A stretch of DNA of 64,000 nt from positions 62,001 to 126,000 of the forward strand of contig KZ538768.1 of the NCBI GenBank assembly GCA_000934665.2. The letters are read 5' to 3'. Origin of the DNA: Catajapyx aquilonaris. Its lineage: Eukaryota. Position numbers and translations under genes: made by a program. How positions within the stretch are numbered: position 1 is the first letter of the stretch; each line of letters opens with the position of its first letter. Below are positions 38,801-52,300 of the stretch, piece by piece. Below the pieces are notes generated by a model. It was not told where the DNA came from, searched no databases, and was given only the letters and a program-made list of their open reading frames with translations.

Positions 38801-38870
38801 GCGGTGTTTTGTCGGGGCTAAAAGGACCCCCCGACGTGGTCCTCTTCTTTCTCTCCCTTGGTGACGACAG

Positions 38871-39042
38871 GAGCATGGGCATGCAGCTTCCCGGGGCGGC
38901 CGCGGCGTGGCAGGGGATGCCCGGGCAGCCTCAGCTTCCGGCGGCGGCGCAGCAGCTGGCGGCGGCCCAGGGCGCGCTGCAGCAGCCCGCCGCGGGCATG
39001 ATGGCCGCCTACCCTATGCAACAGTTCCAGGTCATGGAGTGA
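38871..39042 (+). CDS. TIAR: TIA-1/TIAR exon, C-terminal Q/A-rich tail: SMGMQLPGAAAAWQGMPGQPQLPAAAQQLAAAQGALQQPAAGMMAAYPMQQFQ, then VME* or a splice at 39030
   Basis: Pyrimidine tract and GACAG| acceptor, with the phase 2 entry required by the previous exon. In-frame TGA at 39040-39042. Weak internal donor CAG|GTCATG after 39030. Confidence 0.9.
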
Positions 39043-42000
39043 GGCCGGCCTCGGTCTCAGGAGCGGGCCAAAAGCGCCGCCGGGGGGGCCGGCCTCTGGG
39101 AGGACAAACCCCAGGGGGAGCGTGAGTATTTCTATTAAAGTTTACACGCGCTATTTACAGCACATGTAGCACCTCCGTCTTTTTTTAACAAAAATGTTTC
39201 GGACAGGTGTATCAACCGACAGCACTTTGGCAAGATAAAGCTCACTGGGAGTGGAAAACACCTTCACCTTGCTAGAGTGCTGATCATTGCATAGCACCAA
39301 GATACCTTTGTCTGAAATTTTATTTTTACGTACAGACCTGCACTATAGACCCTCTAGGTTGCACTGCTTCCTTCCCTCCCTTGAAAACAACTAGTTAGTG
39401 ACGTACGAGGCAAGTAGGCGAGATAAACATTGCAATTGAAACTTGAATTACAATGTTCAATGAAAAGCACATGATTTTAATCAAATTTAACATCTATACT
39501 CTGTGGTATTATTCGTAACCGCGTTTAAAAATTATGCCCTGAGCCTAGGCATCCAACGTTGCATATATTAGTGTAATTCTGAATTCATGCGAAATGTTAA
39601 TTATGCGAGTACAGGGAATTAATTCCCCTCTTGGCATCTAATTAAATTAATTAAACATGCTGCGCGCTTGTATACTTGTTTTGCAACAGTATCACGCAAT
39701 CAAAATGGCAGCTTCTCAACTCCAAAAATTTTCAGCAGCGAAGATATTGGTAGCAAAAAAAATAGATTGATGGCGGACCTATTTTGAAACAACTTTTGAG
39801 ATCACAGGTCGGCAGAAAAATACTTCAAAGAGGCGAAACTGTACGACGAGTCTTTGGTAATGTTATTTCCCTTGGCAGGGGTTTGTCTGGATGCGACAAC
39901 ACAAAAGGGAGGTTTTTGTGTGGGGGAGGTTGGATGTATTTTATTTCACACGGTATGTACAGTCTGCATGGAGGACGCCGCGGCCTAATTACACCGAATT
40001 TAGCACTTTTTTTTTGTATTGCGTGAGAGAGGTTGGCTGGTCGTAAATATGTCCGATTTTAGGATATCAAAGCCGTGCCCTGTGATTAGCGTCTTTTTTG
40101 GATGTTTTTTTTTAAACCAAAATAAAAAAATTAAAAAATGCACGAGTGTGTCCGGACAGAGATGAAAATTGATTCGGATTTGGCCCTCCTACACGCTCGG
40201 CACAAAAATAGTGCTGTGTGTGTGTGTCCGAGCGGGTATTGTTTTCAGAGGGGGTATCAGAGAGAATTATATACAGTTTACTACCGGTGCACAGCATTCA
40301 AATCGGTGACTAGTTGAAAATGTAGGGTGTAAATAATGGTAACTGACAAAGCCGCAGGGCTCGATACTTTGTGCTCATGCAGAATGCACGTCGCTGCGAG
40401 TAGTACGCTCATGTTTGCGAATATGTCGCCCTTGGTAATAATACCGCGGAGAACATTTCGGTAAAAAGTGGGGCTGTCCCCAGGCCGGTTCCGATTCGGA
40501 GGAGGTGGTGCTGTGCGTGTATCGCTGGCGGCTTTTTCAACCGGATGTGACGTAAGATGCAAATGTGATGTTGAGTGAGATTTAGCCCGATTGCGGATTT
40601 TTTTGCAGTGTAATTGAGATAGACAGGAGCATTGTGTCATTTCGTGAGTGTATTTTCGCTCGCTTTTCAATCGAAATAATTTGGATGAAACATTTTTACC
40701 TGACTCATACGTCAGTGTGTTTGATTGAACTTTGTTTAAAAATATTTTAAAAAAATATCTGGATTGACAACAACTGTAATGTTGCTAATCTATTGCGTAC
40801 TTCATTTAACATTTTGCTCGCTTCCCGTCGCGTTATTTATTTTTCATGTCGCAGAAACTAATTTAATCGCGTTTGACTCGCTCTCTTTGTAAATTGATTA
40901 CTTCATCACGCGGGGTTTGAAAAGCAGCGCGGCCGACATACGCACTGTATGTGAAATATAGAACATGACCATGCACCTACACCCTTTGTGATAATAAATT
41001 AGCAGAATATGTAATGCCTTTGTTGTCGCATCCACATTTAATGCCCGACACCTCCTTTTTTTATCCCCCGGTTTAATGTGTCCCCCCCCCCTCTTTTTTT
41101 GCGTGCCAAACACCGCCTGCGTTGCAAAAACCCGATTTGCAACTAGCTACTTTGCACTGCCAGTTTAACCGCTGATCTGTCACAGCAGACCTGTTGTTCA
41201 GCCCAGTCCCTCCGTGTTTTGTCACACACATTGTTGCTGCGAATTCCAATACAATGTTGGGCCCATAAAAGCGAGAAGAAGCGACACAGTGCTTCGGATC
41301 TGGAAACACGCGGCTCTGTGCCATCTGCCGACCGGGAACTCAACCAGACACATTTCGTAAACTGAAAGCCTTTCGGGAGCCGACTATACAGGAAGTTGAG
41401 CTTCCTCATTTTCAAACTTGAACGGCAACAAGTTGTGACAATATTACCACCGATTTAATACCAAACAGTTGCTCGAGCTGATTTTTTTAGATATTTCTCT
41501 GACACTTGAGTTGCCTCCAAGTTGCCTCTCTTTAAACTGCTGCAATTTGCGATCCCCAATTGATCCCTCCTGATCTGCGAGCTTGTAACACAATCTCTAT
41601 TGACTCGGATTGGCACGCACAAACACCTGTCGCACTTTTTGTTTCCATTCCCAGCAGTCCAGTTCCCCTCTCCCTGACCCCTATGGTCTCTACTAGTGCA
41701 TGAAGAGCTGGCAAAAATAGCCGCTCTTTTAGTTGGCTTCCCAGCGCAGTGTGTGTGTGGCCTCGTGCGAAAGCATTTTCCTCGCACCTGAATGATGCAA
41801 GGCAAAGGGCATCAGGAATAATGCACACCCCTCCATCCCTCCCCCATATCGCGAAACACACCCAGCCTGTTTCAGAGGAGGGGACAAATACATCTAGAGT
41901 GGTCATCAAGGGTAATTCCCACATGTACTACCACCAGCTTTTTAGATGCATGTGTGCTGTATGTGCATGTGTGATATGAACATTTCTGTGGTTTCCAAGT

Positions 42001-43406
42001 GGTCTTGCTTTCTTGTTATAGACAAATATACACAGGACGTGCCGTAATTAATGTATGGTGAAGGCGGATGCATCCAAGCTGCTCTTAATAATAAATACTT
42101 TTAAATTAAAAATTTTAATGCTCCATAGTCGTCAAACTAGTATTCGGGCATATATTGTATGTACTATAAAGCGTATACTAAAGCACACATGGCGGAAAAT
42201 GCCGATTTGCATGTACGCATTTAGTGAAATGGAATGACGTCGGTGTAAGTGGATAAATATTTGCATTTATACATTGCGAATTCCGAAGCGATAATCTCCT
42301 CTAGAGCGAATCATTTGCTTTTCACTAATTTATTTACGACGGAATTATTGCAAAATAACCCCAACTAATTAACAGCCAACTGCGGTTAAAATGCAGCCAA
42401 AAATTGTGTTTATTTTTTGATTCCATATTTTGCGTTGTAACTTAATGGCTATACTCGTAACATTGTTAGTAGCTATGCAGTCTAACTATTTTTGAGAACT
42501 TTAACTTCTGTCGTTACAACTCATTCGACTATGGCTAATGTTGGCATGTCCTTACCAATTTACCTGGCTGTAATGTGCAGTGATCACAATTCCATCATAA
42601 AAGTGTTGGGCAAGTCATACTCAATCGGTTACATCCCATTGAAGAAGCAGTACCAGTACTTCACTAATTTCTAGTCGAACAATACAACTCCACATACAAC
42701 TGCAGCCACTGAAGTCATAATTAATGCGAAAAAGTCGCATATCTTGATCCAACTCTCACGCCATTCCACTCGCAAATTCTTAGATCAAAAACATGCAATA
42801 TATTCGCCCCGCTGCACTGTGTCTGGACAGTGAAATAAAACTCTACTTTCTGGTCATGTCCGCTTTAGCATGAGATGTCCGCAACAGTCGTCACACTGAC
42901 TGCACTGTACCACGCAACTGTACTGCATTTGCAAAAGTGCACTTTGCACTGTCAGAATTTCAGTCACCTTTGACATGAAATTGTTAATGTTTTCTTTTCA
43001 AAGAAGTCTCTCATTATGATCACTACTTGAGCTGCTGCTAGTAGCCTACATTTTTCACCACCTGGTCAGAAAGTGCGACAGTACGCACTTCACATATGGT
43101 CAGCTAGAAATTTACGCAAAGGTATACAGTGCCTCACTTACCACTCTTTTAAATCTTGTCTGTTCAAATTGAATTATCCGCGCCTGCCTGAAAACCTAGG
43201 TTTGCAAGATATACTGGTCTGCGACGACATATGCTGTGACATTAAAATTCCGCTTTTGTGCACATAACACGCAGCAAGCAAAGTGTGGTTAGCAAAGGCA
43301 CCTTGGAAGCTAACGAAGCTGAATTATGAAAAACATGGTTGTAATAACAGGGTTTTTTTTTCTCTCTCTCTCTCTCTTCCCACCATCCCCTCTCTTCTCT
43401 TTGCAG

Positions 43407-43415
43407 GCACAGTGA
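43407..43415 (+). CDS. TIAR: Probable terminal coding exon of TIAR (AQ-stop), start of the 3' UTR exon
   Basis: A ~50-nt T/C tract ends in TTTGCAG| followed by GCA CAG TGA TAG. Joining to the phase-0 donor at 39030 gives ...MQQFQAQ*. Confidence 0.75.
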   Translation, partial: AQ

Positions 43416-46400
43416 TAGTTGTTTTAAACTCTGACAACGGGATGTTTTGTGTTGGTTGACAGTTTGGCCACAGACGGGAGACAGAAGAGAGAAAAAAAAA
43501 TAGGGAGTGAACACAATGTGATACAATCAAGCGCTGTCCTGCATCCTGCATTCTCCGGGAAGAATTTAACCTACAAAATAATCCTCCCCCACCAGATATC
43601 CCATTTTCCTTACCTGCCCCCAGAAAAAAAACTCCCCCTCCCCGTAATATAGAAGGAAAAAAAAAAAAAATTGCATCGAGGATAGAAGTACGCCATAGAA
43701 TACAGTACTGTGCTGCTAATTTTGTATGATGTCAACTATATAAAAAAAGGAGAAATATATATATAGAGACACTGGGACAATTTTTTAAAAACGCATGAAG
43801 GTGCCAATCTCCGCACCGAGTGTGAGAAGATGGACTGTGAAGGGAGAAGACGGAAATTGTGAGAAGACCAAAAAAAAACCAAAAACACAAAAAAGAAGAG
43901 CGCTGCAAAATTTCATCTTGTATTCCGGCCATTATTTCATTCCGAAGCTAAAGAAGAAGAAGATGATGAAAAAAAAGAAGAATCCATCTCCTGCAAGTGG
44001 CCAACAAAAAAAGAAAGGCTACAAACCCACCCGAAGCCCCAACTCCCCCAGCAAATTATTTAAACAAAATAGGTTAGACGACACGCTAGCTATTTATTTA
44101 TGATAAGTTTTCCGACTCGTGTCCTGTTGCCCGACACAACCAGTGTTTCTAATTTATCTTATTTATTTGTTTATTGTCGAGAGTTAATGACGCAGAATAT
44201 TTAATTCATTCAGTTGAATGCCATGTAGGTAATGTTGGTTGGTTTTCCAATGAGTGAAAGAGGCGATATGTGCTTATTGTGATGGCTAAAAAAATAATAA
44301 TAAGGGTTTACAAGTTGGAGACAACAGTGAACGAATGTTTGTCTGTGGATGTGAAGCGGGGGGAGGGGATGTAATGTGAAGTAATTTTTTTTTTGTAAAA
44401 GATTTTTAAAAAAGGCGAGATATAAGAGGAGGAGGGAGTTGTAATATTTTGCCCCTTAGAGGGCATGAAACGCGGGCGCACAAGTCTTTCGTGGACGAGG
44501 GCACTCAAATTTTTTTTTTGCAAACACCCCCCCTGTATTTTTGGACTTATTGTTTGGTGTCCCACCCCTGTCAGCCCTCACCTCCACCAGCCTCAACCCC
44601 GAACCTCGCGGAGATCCCAGAAAAGCATATCATCAGGATTTTAAAAAAATTAAATAAATAAGCGGAAACCTCCCCCCCCCCCTTAACCCCTTTTGCACGG
44701 ACCAGACTTGCGCGCTCGTCCAAGTTGTTACCACGTTGTAGAAAAGTAAAAGAGACGAACAAAAAAAAAAGCTTAAAAGTTGTACCGTATATGTGGAAAA
44801 AGGAAGGATATGTGTGCATAAACGGAGAAACCTAGGTTAGTTTTAACAAAAAAAAAAAAGCAAAGCTGTAGTGTAAAAAGAGTGTTACTCGGGCTTATTT
44901 TCATAGCATAATCGGAAAGGGATAAAGCCGAATGTGGTTTTAGTTGTTGCATATATAAGATGATGATTTAAAAGAAAAAACGGCGCAAATAAACACACGA
45001 CGGGGCTCAAACGAAACAAAATAGAAAACGGTGAAAACACAAAAAACTATATATAAAAAAAAGGAGAAAAGGCGTTTTCCCCAATGTACAAAGTGATGTG
45101 TGTTGGTTTTAGACATAGCCTCCCTGTGTTGTATAGAAAAAAAGGGCAATGCAGGCCCCCCCCTACCCCCCATCGCCCCCCTCCCACCTTAGTTTAGTTG
45201 TTCCCCAACCCCCCCATATAAACCCAGAGAGAAAGACGAAGCAGCATCAATAAATGAAGAACGAAAAGAACTATAAAAAAATATATTGTCAGAAAAAAAT
45301 AGCCACTTAGTGTAACCGTAGTTTGGAGATGTGCCGTACAAACATAGTGTGCTCGGAAGTAGGCTGTGTCTCGAGAAAAAAAAAAAGTATATCCCAATGT
45401 AAGTATCAATCCTCCCCCTCTTTGAAAGAAGAACAAGAAAAAAAAAAGAGTCGCCCTGTGTTCTTTGTATAGGCTGGGCCCAGCCTTCCTCTTTTTGGTT
45501 ACAACGACCCGAAGACGAGACTGACGACGACGCACTTTGACGTGACGACCGTTTTTCTACCAGCGAGAAAGAGAAAGCGCGAGAGAGTGTGTGTGCGTTC
45601 AGAGAGCGAAAGTCGTGGAAAAAAAAAAAAAAGAAGTACACACATGACACAATACACGTTACACAACACACAACATGCACTTACACACAATTGTTGTTAT
45701 CCGGGCGGTAACCTCTGAGAGTCTAGCCCTTTTATCCCTGCGCCATTTTGTACATACATAAAACACACACAATACACACACGCACATCAGCCGGACTACT
45801 TGACCCGAGAGGTCATCCGACCAAAAAATGCTTCTTTGGTGTGCGAACAAAAAATTTTCTTTCGACTTAGTGGCAATGTTAGTCACCCTGTACCTCCCCT
45901 CAAACGGTTCAAATTCAGTGCACTTTTTGACTACCTCTAGGTCCTTTTCCGTCTTTCCTATTGTTTCTACTGGATTGTACTTTTTTTTTTGGTAACTAGT
46001 AAATCTACATCGAGGTCCCAGACTAAGTGCCGTTGTTTGTTTCTTTTTTTGGCACTATTTGTCGCCGATGGAATACGGGTTTGTGCACAAACGGCGATTC
46101 GTCCCTAAACACCTAAAGGCCTTAACTGCGATTTTTAACTATATCTTTGCTCCCCCCCCTCCCTCTCCACTTTTTGCATTAACTATTCGCACAGCCCTCT
46201 CCACGGTCGGATGACCCCCAGACGAGGTCAATTGACTCATCGGTGACCTGGCCACTTGGAACGCACCTCGCGTTCTAACCAGCCTCGTTTTTTGTAATTA
46301 AAAAAAGGAATTGAAAATATAATCAATCTGGCGCGGAATATTAACTAAAAATAATAATTAAAAACTAGTCGAGGATATAGTGAAATGCTCGTATATAAAA

Positions 46401-49355
46401 AATAAAGGCCTGAGAGGCTGGGCCTAGTCGCCACCCCCGCATCGTTAGACTAGACCTAAACCGTAGTTAAACCCCCCCCCCTCCCCCCCATAAAACCCCT
46501 CCCCTTCTGTAACCCCACACGAAGGTATTTAAGCAGCAAAATAAAGAAACACACACCAGTTTAGCCCAGATAAGCCAAGTGAATTCGAAAAAAGTGTCAG
46601 TGTCATCGCCACCGCTCCAGTTTTAAAAAATAAAATAAAAATAAAAAGTGCTGACAGAAAAATTTAAAAATATATACGTAGCATAACGGATGTAGAATTT
46701 ACAACAGAACAAGTATATAAGCGACTTATTTATACCCAGTATATACTAATGAACTACACCCAGAGGAGGGCTCAGTTTGTGTAATAATTATTAACATAGG
46801 AATTTTGCGCGCGGAATATTTTGACACGAACGATCGGGATGACCTGATGTCTCGGGCTGGACTTGCAAAAAATAATAATAATCAACAAATAACAAGAAAG
46901 GGGGGCGCGGTCCCAGAATATTTTATATTTAATTTATTTAATTTATTGGTCGGTGGGGAGGCTGTTGTGAAGTCCAGTTTTTTTCTTTTTCTTCGGGTGG
47001 TTAGAGAGGAAGGTGTTGCAAAGTGCCAATATGGTTTTATAAAAAATTTAAAACACGTATTGCATTATATACATACACATACACACAAAACACATGCTCA
47101 CACATGCAAGAGAAGTATATACAAAAAAAAGAAGTTAAACAAATGGGAATCGAGCCTGAAGGATGGAGCCTCGTTCGGTGCTTTCGGGCGCAAGAATTGC
47201 TTTGCTGGCGCGAAAAAATGAGTGCAGATTTCGGTCGTCCCTGGTGTTTTTTGACCCCCTTCTGCCTCCCCCCAACCCCCCCAACCCTCCATCAAAAGAA
47301 AAACGGGGAGATTTTTTTTTTTAAAAGAAATAACAGAGTAAAACGGATAATATGGCGCCCCCCTTGCAAGTCCTCCGACGTATATCACTCTATAGCGAAG
47401 AAGGGTAACACTCCGGATTTCCTTTGACATCTGCTCCGTTTTCACAGGACAGTGGAGACTGATCATATTTTTCCCTCCTATTTATTTATTTATTTTTCGG
47501 ATTTGAGTGCGTGTGGGTGTGTGTGCATGTGTGCCGGACGGTTGAGGCGACACCGGGTTGCTGGACTGATGGACACTTTTTTCGGGGACAGAGAAATTGT
47601 TGCGAATTTGTTGAGAGGTTTTTTGGCAACCGGAACTTGTCCCTCATCCGTTTCGAAGCCACAGTGTCATGTGTACTACTCATCTGGGGGATGCCAATCG
47701 ATGACGACGATTCGACAGTGTCACCTTTTTTTTGTCGCTTTTGAAATATAAGAAGTTCAAAAAAAAAAAGTTGCGGGTTGATGGAGAAAGGCCTAAGGGG
47801 ATTAATATGTTTATTTCACGTTTGAGTGTGTGTGTGCCTTAGGTTTTGTTCCGGTAGACTCGTTGACGTTTAGTTACTGCAGTAAATCAAATACAGCACA
47901 GTACAAGAATTTTCAATGAAGAAGAAGAAAGAAAGAAAAAAAGACAAGCAATTCTTTTGCAGAGTAAATAAACACACCGTTTCGCTATTTTCGTCCCGAT
48001 TGACACCTCCCAATTTTCTGTATGTTTGGAACTAAGGAGGTCCATCTTTTTGGTCACCTCCCGGACCATTTATTTATTTATTTATTGCGTCAGTTTCTAT
48101 TTTGTATGTGAAGGGGGCACACGACGGAGGAGGGGACGGGGCGATCAAGACATTCGGACTAACAAAATATAATAATATATGCTTATATATACATATATGT
48201 TGACGATGATGTGATGATGAAATCCCACAAGTTATTTTGAGGAATAAATAGGTGGAGTTGAGAAGAATTGACACAAAACACCCTCCCTTCCCCCCTTGAA
48301 GAATTATTTAAAAAAATACGAGAGAAACCGGTGACAGACATTTTGTAGCCTCCTTTGTCAACGGAAGTCTGTGTTTTATACAGGTGAAAAAAAAATACTT
48401 ATTGAGAAAAAAAATACACTAAAAAGAACCGAGGTGAAACGAGCCAATTTGTTAGTTTCAAACGCTCCTGTGTTTGTCAAGTGACTTGCACTGTAGGGCT
48501 AGTTGCACCCAGCATGTGTGCCGTGCCGTGCTGTGCCGTTAGAAACGAAATAAATAATTAAAAAATGGATAAACAAAAACACAAAAAATAACCATCCGAG
48601 TCCAACCGGGAGGGCTGCATCCGAATTGTGCTCTCTTTATTTTGGGGGAATTTTTCCCCGGGGGCCTATCGGGAAGGGAACCGAAAAGAGTCTATAGTAT
48701 GGTGGGGGTCAAGGGTCACTGGGTGGGAGGGAGGGAGGGAATGGGGATGGTTGGTCCAGCCTTATCTAGCACCACGAACCCAACCTTGTTCAAACTACTT
48801 AACCTTTTAAAAACGGGATATAAAAATGTTTTAAAAATGACAGATCGAATAGGCGTATGCCATCTGAGTCGAGCGTTCAAGTCCCTCCACAATGAAAAAA
48901 AAAAAAAAACACATCACACAGCTCTAACATACACACACACGTTGAAAAATAACACTAAAAAAAAGAGCCGGATTTTCACTGGGAGATGGGTATTAGAGGG
49001 GGGGAAAAGGGGAAGGGTTAAGTGTGCACACAATGCATTTTTTCGGGGGAAATTTTATTCCACTTTTCTTTTTGATTCCCTTGGTCGTGCGGTCTCCGGA
49101 AGAATAATAATTAATTAAAAAAGAGGAATATATTATATATATACTGTACATGGGGAAGATTTTTAGAACGACGCGGGTGCAGCCCTCCGAGTTTGCTTGT
49201 CTGTGTCATGTATAGGGCTATTTTATACATAAGTGGCAAAATGTTGTTTCGAGTGAAAACGGGATGAAAGTCAGATTTGTAGATATGTACCGGCAAACAT
49301 AGACGATGTTAGAAGCCATGGAAAAGAAAAAATAAAGACTATAAGAAAGAACTGT
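43416..49355 (+). other. Probable long (~5.9 kb) 3' UTR of TIAR
   Basis: A-rich non-coding sequence continues from the terminal exon to an AATAAA with a downstream T-rich element. Several internal AATAAA hexamers (e.g. 46401, 46540, 46629-46645) are possible alternative poly(A) sites. The end point is inferred. Confidence 0.55.
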
Positions 49356-49380
49356 TTCTCCCGACTTGTCATTTTTTTAT
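49331..49380 (+). terminator. Candidate distal polyadenylation signal of TIAR
   Basis: AATAAA at 49331-49336, followed about 16-45 nt later by TGTTTCTC...TGTCATTTTTTT. The A-rich UTR-like composition ends here. Confidence 0.5.
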
Positions 49381-52300
49381 ATCCAACTCTTTCCTTCTCA
49401 GCATTCACATGTCTGCAAGTGCTGCACTTACGAAGTACACGCCATGCAGGTAAAGTACATAAAGAAGCAAGTGTCGTCTGGACCGTGGAGATAACTAATA
49501 CCTGGAGTGACTATCACCTTAAATGTTATAAGTAAGCATGTTACTTCATGCATAAATTACCTCCGCTATCCATCAGACTATGGCAAGATCAAAGGAAATA
49601 TGCTTTTTGATTAATATTTTAGATTAAATTTCAAGTATGAAGTTAATGCTGTATAATTATTTTCATACTACTCCGTCAGTATAATAAGGTACTTACAAAG
49701 CCGCACGGAGCTTGTGAATAGCGAATTTTCTTTTTATTACAAAAACCTGTTAAAATATAATGAAGCTTCAAAAAATTTCATATGCTGCACGAAACTTGTG
49801 ACTTCCATCGTCTAGCTACATGTTTTCACTGCCGGCGTTCTTCATTAACCATTTATGTCACCAATGAGCACTTCGTAAACTAATACCATGTTAAACAGTC
49901 ACAGAGCAAACCAGGTCATGCACCGAAGATCTGAAAATGTGTATGGCATTACCATGAAAATTTCACTTTATCAATATCCTCTCCACCACAGAACTGCTGG
50001 CACTAATTAACCTCACACGTTCAAGCGAAGCATAAAATCAGACAATAATTAATTCCCAATTAGTTAACTGCCAGGTATTATCCATGCTAAAGTCGTAGTA
50101 CAGTGTGGTTCACTGGCCCTCTCCACAGTTCAAGTGATGGTTTGTTCATTCTAGCAATCACTTTCCAGCCTTTTTTTTTTTTTTCTTCAGTAAAAATCCG
50201 CGCCACATTCCTCCAGTACCCAAACTAGAATTTCATTCCACATGCTACAGGCAATCAAGCTTTACATGCGTTCAATTACAACCGATATTATTACGTGGTT
50301 CAGCATAACATTTAGCCCGCTGACAACGCCATGATGATTCGCCAAATTTTTGACACCTGCTTAACGAAGACTAATGAAACCTTATTGCATTTTTTTTTTT
50401 TGCCGAGTATGACGTTAACAAATCGACGAGCGCAATCCAAACGTCAAAAAAGCCCCCATACTTTTAAACCCCCCCCCCCCATCATAGTATATGGGGAAAT
50501 GGGGGGGGGGGACGTAAAGTGCACACGTGCAACATGCGCTGATGCGGGCTGTTGTTGTTTTTATGCGGCTAATGGAGGCCTGAATCCCGCTTGGAGGCCT
50601 CATTGCAACATAGGTGCGCATAATTTGCGAAATCCTTTTGGGAGGGCGTAAACAATAATTGCATGCCCGGAGTAGACATGAGATGTTAGGCTCTGGAGGC
50701 CCTCCCCCACTCCCCCCCACCCCTCTCTAATTGAAACGACCCAGCATGATATGGAAGCAGCAGGTTGAGGCCTAGCTGGGGGTTCGCGAATTTTCCTCTT
50801 TATATTTTTTTGAAGTTTTTTTTTTGTTTTGTCCGGAGGGGTCACGTTCTGGTCGCTCACGAGGGAAAAGTCGACACCCATTTCCATTCGCACTAATTGG
50901 TTATCCGGCGGCAGACGGAATAATTATAATGGGCCCCACCCCCACCCATCCTCCACCAGCAGCCCAAGCGAGAAAAAGAGTGGTCTGCCCAACCAAACCC
51001 AGCAACCAACCCCACTCGTCACGTGGGAAAATATTTTTCTGCCGCTGTTGTTTTTGCACAGACCCGATCGGCTCGCAAAAACATGTCCGGAGACTAATAA
51101 TAATCATGCGGATGGGGCCGCAGATATAGCTCCAATGCTGCTTAATTGCCCACGGACTCGAGCCGAACTGCCAGTATTCAATAGTAGATCATGACCTCCC
51201 CTATATATACACACAGCACAGATGATGCGAATTCTTGTGACACAGTGACCTCGTTTAAAACTTGGTCACCAGACCTACCCTTGACACTCAAACAGCCCTT
51301 CCCTCCCTCCAGTTGCATTAGCAATGGTAAACTGCACCGCTAAACCGGAGCCAACCCAGTGGGATTAGTGGCGAACCTTGATTCGGATAAATATTCCCAA
51401 GTTTTGTGACCCAAAGTGCAATGATTTTTCTGGGTCCAATTGGAGTTGTAAATGCACCGAGGCCACGGCATTTCCAGTCCCACAATGTTGCGACCGCATC
51501 CTCGGGGAAAAACCACGTGTCAAATGCGAGTCATGGTGTCAAATGATTGTTCTTTTTCTCTCTCTCTCGTGGACACTGGGCACAGCTGGACATTCTGCTT
51601 CGAAAGGTGCTGCTGAAGCGTCTGTCTCATTGTCGCCACGAGAATTCTGCTGATGACAAGTACCGGTATGAAGCAGGAAACGGTAAGGCAGCAGTGACAT
51701 TGATGAATTGCCAACTATATTATAAAAGTTTGGACTATACTTTTGTTTCAATACACTAATTAGAATAACATGAAAACTATAATATGAAAACATAATTATG
51801 AAGCAAAAAAGTGTTATTGTCAACTATTACAAACACTGAAGCACTGAACTGAATATCACCTGTTAGTGCGTGTAAATATTATTTTTTTTGCAAATGCTGC
51901 GAGTCGTGTGATGTGGTTCGTGTCACTGCTTTTCACATGAAACTTTCATTACAGTCATATCTGATTCCATTTGTTACAAACCTCTAGTGCAATATTTCAG
52001 TACCAAAGCCTTTGATGCTGATTGTCACCATAACAATATTACGATGATGTTGCATATTCCCTGCTCTTTTTTTAAAAAAAAAAAAGTCCATGGAGACGTA
52101 GGCAATATTGCAACTAATCAAGGTGCCCTCCCAGGCTGTAACTTGAAACCTATACAGATATATGTGCCTGGTGTAATTAATTAGCCCCCGTATGTTTGAG
52201 CAAGGCATAAGCAATACATTTTACGGCATATTTTTGTAGGCACATTCGGGCACTGGAAATGAAACGGAAGGCTAGAGTTAGTTTCGGTTCACCTTCCCCG

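Noticed and set aside
51650..51695. CTGATGA...GAAA hammerhead-like core
   Set aside because: The intervening sequence does not form stem II, and stems I and III are missing.
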